A stretch of 64,000 nucleotides of DNA, taken from the IMG/VR virus record IMGVR_UViG_3300045988_145635; one strand, 5' to 3'. The position numbers were made by a program, and so were the translations under genes. Source of the stretch: a virus (lineage: Duplodnaviria; Heunggongvirae; Uroviricota; Caudoviricetes). Under the pieces are notes generated by a model. The model was not told the DNA's origin. It saw only the letters and a program-made list of their open reading frames with translations, and ran no database searches. Below, piece by piece: positions 58,101 through 64,000 of this stretch. Within the stretch, counting starts at the first letter, position 1. Every line of letters starts with the position of its first letter.

Positions 58101-59216
58101 GCTTACGGTAGCTTTGGGTTCTTTATCCGTAATGATGGATCGAACACATATTTCATGCTAACAGCATCAGGAAACACATTAGGTTCATGGAACGGTTTGC
58201 GACCTATTACAATTAATAATACCAGCGGTGCTGTGTCCATTGGTAATGGACTAAATGTTACTGGTGGCGTAAATGGTAGTTTGAACGGTAATGCTTCAAC
58301 AGCTACGAAGTTGCAAACTGCTAGAAAAATAAGCGGCGTGTCTTTTGATGGTTCTGCTGATATAACACTAACAGCTGCAAATGTATCTGCTTTTGCTCGA
58401 CGCGCTACTGGAACTTATGCCGATACTAGTGGTGCGGTCCCGTGGAATGCCGAATCAGGTGCGTATAATGTTACACGCTCCAGGGATTCTTATATCGTTG
58501 CAAATTTTTATATAGGCGTAGGTAGTTGTCGGACTCTCCAAATCCGAGCGCATTATAAAAATGGTGGATTGTATTACCGTTCATCACGTGATGGCTATGG
58601 GTTCGAAGAGGACTGGACTCAGATATATACTAAAAAAGACAGCATCCCAGGTGTGAATGCAGATGGGAACCAGAACACTACTGGTAATGCTGCCACCGCC
58701 ACAAAATTGCAGACAGCAAGGAAAATTGCTGGTGTGGCGTTTGATGGCTCTGCCGATATTACTTTGACTGCGGCTAACCTTAATGCTTATACGAAAACAG
58801 AGGTAACGAATCTTCTAAGTTCCTATGTGAAGAGCAGTGCTCTTCCAAGCATGACTGTGCGAACTTCCTCTATTTCAGGTGGGGATATGGGCATGAGTTT
58901 GTCCACATTCATTAGCCACCTTAAATCAAATGGGGCGTTTAGCAAAAGATATTGGATTGGCTTTGGCGATGCTATGGGATTCAATGCTGGCAGTATCAAC
59001 AATATAACGGGATTTGGTGCTGTAGAATTAGCAGAATCTATAATCGAAGTTTTTAATCTACCTAACGGTGATTATACAATTCGTTTAACAACGTCACATA
59101 AAGCTGATTACGGTGGAGTGACAAACGCAATCCTCGTTTATCACTACCGCAGTAATAGAAGTCCGTCAGGTCAATGGCTGAAATTTGCCGGTACTGTTGG
59201 GGCAACAAGTAACTGA
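55191..59216 (+). CDS. Side tail fibre protein
   Basis: Ala/Ser-rich low-complexity region followed by repeated GNASTATKLQTAR.IGGV.FDGSANI phage-fibre repeats. Confidence 0.75.
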   Translation: MWYREGTITFTQGSNTLVGAGTAWNVTANGVLPGMIVIGPDNKLYEIKRVISDTNIVLSEPYTGETQSEVPCRIITTYEGDLTQFSARFTALMSRMSADSKSMRSWLTALDEVTIEREDGTEVTVKPLMQIVNEHNENVEWYKNNTDAIDAAGDKAREAAASAAAAAESANTAGEKASQASQSASAAASSQSAASASATAAKKSETNAAASQQSAATSASTATTKASEAATSARDAAASKEAAKSSETSAASSASNAASSATAAGNSAKAAKTSETNARSSETAAGQSASAAAGSKTAAASSASAASTSAGQASASATAAGKSAESAASSASTATTKAGEATEQASAAARSASAAKTSETNAKASETRAESSKTAAASSASSAASSASSASASKDEATRQASAAKGSATTAYTKATEAAGSATAASQSKTAAESAATRAEAAADRAEEIAGAVAMEDASLTTKGVVKLSSAVDSTSESLAATPKAVKVVNDNANSRVPSNRKINGKALTADITLTPKDIGTLNSITMSFSGGAGWFKLATVTMPQASSIVYIALIGGAGYNVGSPHQAGISELVLRAGNGNPKGITGALWKRTAVGLTNFAWINTSGDTYDIYVEIGNYATRVNIHWDCTANATVSIYTSPTYSASKPSSVTDGVVYTMYSTHQKPTPLDIGALPTTGGTVSGPLSVTGGITGTLNGNASTATKLQTARSIGGVGFDGSANINLPGVNTTGNQNTTGNAATATKLQTARTIGGVSFDGTANINLPGVNTTGNQNTTGNAATATKLQTARTINGVSFDGSANISLSPTNIGCPASPTGWLTTGSNGGAITTAQLVTLLQNNGAFNAKAWIARCAWAYANSASIPDSETGCGIIPLAGAVIEVFNNGSSSNNYTIRITTATTTSVSGALTNAEFIYVFNGTSYSPGWRRAYNTKNKPTAADVGALPLSGGALTGGLTSSGEIVSKYANGFRIAYGSFGFFIRNDGSNTYFMLTASGNTLGSWNGLRPITINNTSGAVSIGNGLNVTGGVNGSLNGNASTATKLQTARKISGVSFDGSADITLTAANVSAFARRATGTYADTSGAVPWNAESGAYNVTRSRDSYIVANFYIGVGSCRTLQIRAHYKNGGLYYRSSRDGYGFEEDWTQIYTKKDSIPGVNADGNQNTTGNAATATKLQTARKIAGVAFDGSADITLTAANLNAYTKTEVTNLLSSYVKSSALPSMTVRTSSISGGDMGMSLSTFISHLKSNGAFSKRYWIGFGDAMGFNAGSINNITGFGAVELAESIIEVFNLPNGDYTIRLTTSHKADYGGVTNAILVYHYRSNRSPSGQWLKFAGTVGATSN

Positions 59217-59418
59217 TTTAGACATTATTTATATGGCTGTGAGGTTTAAAATGCGATCTCACAGCCGCAATCATAGGGATATATTAGTGAGTTACTAGAT
59301 ACGAATTTGAACAGCCGTTAAACGGTATATACATAGATAGGTAAGTACACACCTACAACAAAAGGGTGAAATGTGATATAAATCCGCCATCCCGATTTGA
59401 CTTTTCATGGAGGAAAAC

Positions 59419-59742
59419 ATGTCGAACGAGATGGCGGGCGTTACAACAGAGCAAGTTGAGCGTATTGCCGCGATCGTTGCTCGGGAGGTTGTTGGTAAAT
59501 TAGGTAAAGAGCTACGTGAAGAAATTGGCCAGGAGGTCAATGATCAGCTGAAAACCTACTTTGGTGATATGACCCCGGCGCAACATAGTATTCAACACTC
59601 CAATCTGGACAAACTCCTTAACCGGTTAGATTCCATCTCCAGTGGGTTCTTTGGCGGCATTGTTTCTAAAATAACGTCGTTCATTATTACTGCACTGCTT
59701 TTGGGGTTAGCCGCGTATGGCGTAAAAAATGGACTGCAATAA
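59419..59742 (+). CDS. Holin-like protein (single C-terminal TM segment)
   Basis: GGAGG RBS; C-terminal ITSFIITALLLGLAAYGV; first gene of the lysis block. Confidence 0.45.
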   Translation: MSNEMAGVTTEQVERIAAIVAREVVGKLGKELREEIGQEVNDQLKTYFGDMTPAQHSIQHSNLDKLLNRLDSISSGFFGGIVSKITSFIITALLLGLAAYGVKNGLQ

Positions 59743-59755
59743 CAGGAGATCAAGG

Positions 59756-60448
59756 ATGAAGACTCCGAGAGGCATTCGTAATAATAACCCCGGTAATCTT
59801 GATAAAGGATCACCGTGGCAAGGTCTGGTTGCGAATCCAGACGAACCGCGCTTTTGCACGTTTAAAGACCCTGTTTGGGGGATTCGTGCGCTGGCGGTGA
59901 CTCTAATTACCTACCACGACAAACGTCGCGCAAAAGACGGCTCAAGTATCGATACCATTCGTGAAGTTATTGAACGCTGGGCACCGCCGAATGAAAATAA
60001 TACTGACGCCTACATTAATGAGGTGTCTAAAGCCGTTGGTGTAACCGCAGACATGATCATCGATCTGCATGATTACGACATCCTTCGACCTTTGGTTGAG
60101 GCAATCATTCGCCACGAGAATGGCCGAGGCCCGCTAAAAACGCTGAACACCTGGTATGCGGCAGAAGTTATTGAGGAAGGTCTGCGTCGAGCTGGCGTTG
60201 TTAAGCCGGTGAAAACCGTGAAGGCTGTTCCTGTAACTAAAGAAACCGCAGGCGCAACTGTTACAGCAGGTATTGGTCTGGCGCAGCTGGCCGATGTTAT
60301 GCCGCAGGTTTCCGCTGCTATGGATAAAGCACAAGGTCATATCTCTAGCGGGGATACAGTACGCATCATCTTCGGCATTGCCACTATTTTTGTGGCCGGA
60401 TTCATTGCCTGGTCGCAGGTAAGAAGACACCAGAAAGGGATGGTCTAA
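59756..60448 (+). CDS. Putative endolysin / cell-wall hydrolase-like protein with C-terminal TM anchor
   Basis: Position between holin-like and spanin genes; AGGAG RBS; catalytic family not recognised (RNNNPGNL motif). Confidence 0.4.
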   Translation: MKTPRGIRNNNPGNLDKGSPWQGLVANPDEPRFCTFKDPVWGIRALAVTLITYHDKRRAKDGSSIDTIREVIERWAPPNENNTDAYINEVSKAVGVTADMIIDLHDYDILRPLVEAIIRHENGRGPLKTLNTWYAAEVIEEGLRRAGVVKPVKTVKAVPVTKETAGATVTAGIGLAQLADVMPQVSAAMDKAQGHISSGDTVRIIFGIATIFVAGFIAWSQVRRHQKGMV

Positions 60449-60449
60449 T

Positions 60450-60701
60450 ATGCTAGGCAGCCTGATGACAAAGCTAAAAGTTGCTTTGATTACGCTGGCT
60501 GCCGTTCTTTTCGTTCTGGTCGGCGCTTACACGATGGGCGGAAATGCGGCGCGACGAGCAATGGAAGAGAAGGCAAAACAGGAAGACAGAAAACGACTTC
60601 AAAACACAGTGAAAGTGGTGAATGAGACGAGCAGTAAAATACGTCAGAAAGATGCTTCTGCCGTTCATCGTGAGTTGTATGATAAGTGGGTGCGTCATTA
60701 A
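60450..60701 (+). CDS. i-spanin (Rz-like)
   Basis: N-terminal TM (VALITLAAVLFVLVGAY) plus charged periplasmic region; typical size. Confidence 0.65.
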   Translation: MLGSLMTKLKVALITLAAVLFVLVGAYTMGGNAARRAMEEKAKQEDRKRLQNTVKVVNETSSKIRQKDASAVHRELYDKWVRH

Positions 60702-60837
60702 ACCACAAACAGCCAGCGTGTTGTTCTGCGATGGGGCTGAGCCTATCTATATCAGCAATAATGATGTAATGACTGAAGAAACCGAACGCCAAATCCTTTT
60801 TCACAATACGATGGGAGAGAGGGTTTGTGGTTGGTGA
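60652..60837 (+). CDS. o-spanin (Rz1-like lipoprotein), overlapping the i-spanin gene in the +1 frame
   Basis: MLLPFIVSCMISGC lipobox; starts inside the Rz-like gene. Confidence 0.55.
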   Translation: MLLPFIVSCMISGCVIKPQTASVLFCDGAEPIYISNNDVMTEETERQILFHNTMGERVCGW

Positions 60838-60869
60838 TGTCGAAGTTCCCCTCAAATGAGGGGAACACA

Positions 60870-61391
60870 TTATTCTTCGAACAATTTTTCGATAGATTTT
60901 GTAGGATAGAACAAAGAACGCTCGTTGTTACCAACCAGCTGGATAAAGCCTAAACTTTTATAAAACGCCTTGGCTTTGTCATTTAACGCCTCAACGAAAA
61001 GTCCATGAATGCCTACAGCAAGAGATGCATTGTACACAACGCGCATTGCATGTGTTACAAGCATTGAGCCAAATCCTTGACCTTGAAGGGACTTGTCCAA
61101 AGCCAGCCTACCCAAAGTAACACTTGGAACATTCCGATAAGGAACCTTCTTTTGTTTGCTTCTTGAAGGTAAGGACTCCTTTTCAAAACAACTACCTGAC
61201 AAAGTGTAATATCCTAACACTTTTGGCCTTTCTTCTTGAGTGCAAAGCACATAAGCACGAAGAATTTTTCCCTCATGCTGCCTTTTTAAGTGGTTGGCTA
61301 AAAAGGCGTTTAGTGACTCTTCGCCGCAATCAAAACCGTTTAGATCATAATCTTTCTCTCCAGAGAAAATCTCTATCGTTGTATTGCTCAC
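60870..61391 (-). CDS. GNAT-family acetyltransferase toxin (TacT/AtaT/ItaT-like)
   Basis: 173 aa; GNAT core (QGQGFGSMLV); paired with an upstream DUF1778-type gene. Confidence 0.7.
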   Translation of the reverse strand: MSNTTIEIFSGEKDYDLNGFDCGEESLNAFLANHLKRQHEGKILRAYVLCTQEERPKVLGYYTLSGSCFEKESLPSRSKQKKVPYRNVPSVTLGRLALDKSLQGQGFGSMLVTHAMRVVYNASLAVGIHGLFVEALNDKAKAFYKSLGFIQLVGNNERSLFYPTKSIEKLFEE

Positions 61392-61398
61392 GAGTAAA

Positions 61399-61668
61399 CT
61401 ACTCCATGCTTTTCAGACGATCAGCAGCTCGTTTCAGCTTGTCGTTCGGTGCCGGAGGATTGCTTATAGCGTCCATAACCAGATTCCAGGACTCTTCACT
61501 CAGAACCAGTCTTCGATGTTGCTCTATAACTTTCACGGCACGTTCAGATGCACTGCTAACCATAAACTGAGTAATGCTCTGGTTAGACATTGCGGCAGCT
61601 TCCTCGATGATGCTTTTATCGTCATCGGTTAATCTCAAATCGATGCGCTGCTTTTTTAGTGCTGACAT
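61399..61668 (-). CDS. DUF1778-type RHH antitoxin (TacA-like)
   Basis: ~89 aa from the AGGAGG-preceded ATG; immediately upstream of the GNAT gene on the same strand. Confidence 0.65.
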   Translation of the reverse strand: MSALKKQRIDLRLTDDDKSIIEEAAAMSNQSITQFMVSSASERAVKVIEQHRRLVLSEESWNLVMDAISNPPAPNDKLKRAADRLKSME

Positions 61669-61934
61669 GTATTCCTCCTGATGGCCGTGATGTAGGAAGG
61701 CCATCAATCTCCTCTGTTCAAACTGAGTTTTCGACTCAAAAATTACTTTAAAAGGCTATAGCCCATTACGTGTGCATTATCAAATTGTGTACGGCATATC
61801 ACCGTACTTGTAATATAGAGGTCATTGTTACTTTTTTCAACAGACAAATACAAGCTATGATTGCCAATTGTTAATCACAACCTACCATTTAACCTTTACA
61901 CCGCAGCCGTAGGCATTTAGGCTATATCACATAT

Positions 61935-61954
61935 AAGAAAACAAGTTGTTTCAG
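61935..61954 (+). promoter_or_regulatory. Operator motif A site upstream of the ParA-like gene
   Basis: AAGAAAACAAGTTGTTTCAG palindrome 33 nt before the start. Confidence 0.5.
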
Positions 61955-61986
61955 ACGATAATTATATACGCAAAGGGAACTCTCCA

Positions 61987-62655
61987 ATGACCAAGATCTT
62001 TGTGGTTGGCGGCACAAAGGGCGGGCCTGGCAAATCCACCGTTGCCCAGCAAATTGCCGTTTGCCTTAAAGTCAAAAAGAAGAAGAAGGTTTATATCACT
62101 GATATAGATATTCAGCGCACGACAACAAGCTGGTGTGAAGACCGTCGACAGAACGAAGACCTTGAGCTGATTCCTTTTGCATACGTTCAGGATGACATCA
62201 TTAAGCACCTAAAATCGCTTCAGGGTAGAGCTGAGTATGTAGTGGTAGATGCTGGTGGCTTTGACTCCGAAATTCAGCGACAAGCGATGCTGATGGCCGA
62301 CGTTATCATTATCCCGCTTCGTCCTAAGCGTCGTGATTTGAAATCTCTGCGTGACATTGATCCTATTATCGACAATGTTCGTAATGTAAACGATAAAGTG
62401 AAGGTCCGCGCGGTCATGAACCAGTGCCCGGCTTTGCCATCACAAGTGTCTCGCATTCTGGCGGCTAAAGAGATTGTTGAGACGTTTGGCATCGAGTCTG
62501 CGCCAGTCAATCTATATAACCGCAACGTCTATGATGATGCGGAAGAGTCTGGTCGTTCTATCTTTGAAATGACCGGTAGCGAGCGCGACAAAAAGGCGGA
62601 AGCCGAGTTTGAAGAATTTGTAGATTATCTGTTGAGTCTGGAGGAAAAAGAATAA
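61987..62655 (+). CDS. ParA/ParF-type partition ATPase
   Basis: Deviant Walker A GGTKGGPGKST; 222 aa. Confidence 0.8.
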   Translation: MTKIFVVGGTKGGPGKSTVAQQIAVCLKVKKKKKVYITDIDIQRTTTSWCEDRRQNEDLELIPFAYVQDDIIKHLKSLQGRAEYVVVDAGGFDSEIQRQAMLMADVIIIPLRPKRRDLKSLRDIDPIIDNVRNVNDKVKVRAVMNQCPALPSQVSRILAAKEIVETFGIESAPVNLYNRNVYDDAEESGRSIFEMTGSERDKKAEAEFEEFVDYLLSLEEKE

Positions 62656-63014
62656 TGTCCATGAAAATGGGTGACCTAGCAAAGCGCAAAGAGCCTGATG
62701 CACCGGCTAAGAACACAACTCCTTTGCGCCAACCAGTCAGACCACAGGGACGCCCGACTCGTGGCAAAGAGAAAATTAAAAGCCGCACAATGTCACTGGA
62801 GGACGAATACTTCGAACTGCTGGAGATGATGAAGTTCATCCCTCGCTTCGAGAAGTTCACTCGTTCTGACGTGATTCGTGCTGCTATTTTCCATCTTGCG
62901 GAGAAGACACCGCAGGAAATCGAGGACATCGTGAAACTTAACGAGGCGATCACCGCTGCCGATGTCACGATGCGTACCGATGAAATCAAACGAGAGTTGA
63001 TGAAGAAAGGTTAA
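62655..63014 (+). CDS. Small RHH-type centromere-binding protein (ParG-like)
   Basis: TAATG-coupled to the ParA-like gene; basic N-terminal tail plus C-terminal beta-alpha-alpha pattern. Confidence 0.55.
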   Translation: MSMKMGDLAKRKEPDAPAKNTTPLRQPVRPQGRPTRGKEKIKSRTMSLEDEYFELLEMMKFIPRFEKFTRSDVIRAAIFHLAEKTPQEIEDIVKLNEAITAADVTMRTDEIKRELMKKG

Positions 63015-63018
63015 AAAT

Positions 63019-63051
63019 CATGCATTGGCGCGTACATTGCGCCAATGCATG
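63019..63051. terminator. Bidirectional hairpin terminator between convergent genes
   Basis: 13-bp perfect stem CATGCATTGGCGC / GCGCCAATGCATG. Confidence 0.55.
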
Positions 63052-63066
63052 AGTACAATGTCAGTT

Positions 63067-63834
63067 TTATGCCGCGCTAACACTATGTTCAGTCCTAACC
63101 ACCCCAACCTTCACAAAAGGGCTACCGTAGCTTGGTGGCTTCTTGATTAATTTGCCTACATACAGTTTTCTAATATGCTCATCGGCTATTCTGCCAACAA
63201 ATTCATAACGTTTTGTGTCGGGGCCAAGAGCTATATCCCTTGTAAAGTACTGCTGAGAACCGGCTTTGACCCAGCATTCAATCTGATAAACTTCCATTAT
63301 CAGCCCACCATATGTAGCGTAGGCATATTTGAGATTCTCGTCTCTTGGAACCTTTGCCCATACGCCACGCGTAGCTTCATATAATGCCAGAGCGGACATT
63401 CCTGACTTGTAGGTGCTGTTTAGCAGGAAGGCAAGACCGGCGTGCTCAGGAGCAATTTCAGTTTCCTCTTGCAGCACTAAGTGATGGTAGGCGTCCAGTG
63501 ATATTCTGCCCATCATGGAACCACTTCCTCGTACCTTATTCGTAAGCTCTCCGACCCCCATAAGGTCGATGCATGTCGCCTCAACAAGTTTGGCTGTGGT
63601 TTCATCCATACCATGACGAAGTATATCTATGCCTAATTTTTTATTAGCCAAAAGTTCTTTGATCCGCATGGATTTGGGAGAGTCATCGGGATACTTGATG
63701 TGATCGAGACAACGAGTCGATTTGCCTTTTCCTATGTAAAACGGTCTTTTCATCTTGTCTTCTGTATCATAGAGACAGTAAACATAGTATTTAGCCTTAT
63801 CCAATGATCTCGCGTATACCGATAAATCGTCCAT
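63067..63834 (-). CDS. GIY-YIG nuclease-domain protein with uncharacterised C-terminal domain
   Basis: N-terminal YYVYCLYD ... PFYIGKGKSTRCLDH fits the GIY / YIG / R / H pattern. Confidence 0.55.
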   Translation of the reverse strand: MDDLSVYARSLDKAKYYVYCLYDTEDKMKRPFYIGKGKSTRCLDHIKYPDDSPKSMRIKELLANKKLGIDILRHGMDETTAKLVEATCIDLMGVGELTNKVRGSGSMMGRISLDAYHHLVLQEETEIAPEHAGLAFLLNSTYKSGMSALALYEATRGVWAKVPRDENLKYAYATYGGLIMEVYQIECWVKAGSQQYFTRDIALGPDTKRYEFVGRIADEHIRKLYVGKLIKKPPSYGSPFVKVGVVRTEHSVSAA

Positions 63835-63944
63835 TATTGCATCTCTTTGCTACTGACTAATGCGTTCTATTTTACACATAAGTTTTTAATCAATTTAACA
63901 GGCTCAAAGTGTAGAGCTTCTGGGCGTCTAAGACGACAAGTTAT

Positions 63945-64000
63945 GCCTGCTTCTGTATATATAAATAATAAGTAACTTATTAAATATATACGGAAGCAGG
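63945..64000. repeat. Long palindrome, copy C (truncated by window end)
   Basis: Identical to copy B over the visible length; left flank TTCTGGGCGTCT resembles copy A flank TTCTGGCGTCT. Confidence 0.6.

Larger units (their letters stand above)
17110..64000 (+). mobile_element. Right arm: siphovirus-like prophage / phage-plasmid-like element (continues past window end)
   Basis: Complete lambda-like morphogenesis and lysis blocks, partition and toxin-antitoxin modules, iterons; begins directly after the metG terminator. Confidence 0.75.

Noticed and set aside
1-64000. Integrase, excisionase, attL/attR, tRNA or rRNA genes
   Set aside because: Looked for tyrosine/serine recombinase motifs, flanking direct repeats and tRNA-like T-arm sequences; none recognised in the window. 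They may lie outside it.

Overview
64-kb window from an enterobacterial genome (Escherichia-like, judged from the metG/apbC products). Two core host genes, apbC (mrp; 13768-14868, minus) and metG (15026-17059, plus), sit in the middle. Both flanks look like temperate siphovirus or phage-plasmid-like DNA, and whether they are one element type or two could not be resolved from this window. Left arm (1-12.6 kb): tightly coupled plus-strand accessory/early genes (Dam-like and gamma-class N6-adenine methyltransferases, RNase HI, TerB-like protein, HD-domain small alarmone hydrolase, DUF551-like protein), followed by a LexA-boxed UmuD-prime-like gene next to apbC. Right arm (17.1-64 kb): single-gene cassettes with their own promoter/operator and terminator, a 1.5-kb ORF-free CA-rich and iteron region, an AT-rich minus-strand island headed by an SF2 helicase, and a 5-gene translationally coupled operon (two ParB/Srx-like proteins, ABC ATPase, GNAT, winged-helix protein). 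This is followed by a complete lambda-like morphogenesis block (terminase, portal, scaffold, capsid, Ig-like decoration, tube, G/GT chaperone, tape measure, M-L-K-I-J, side tail fibre), a lysis cassette, a GNAT/DUF1778 toxin-antitoxin pair, a ParA/RHH partition pair and a GIY-YIG nuclease. No integrase, tRNA, rRNA or CRISPR array was recognised. The most distinctive unexplained signals are several repeat families: two operator-like motif families, three copies of a ~57-bp palindrome, and iterons. All calls rest on reading the sequence and the ORF track plus remembered family motifs; no database search was run.
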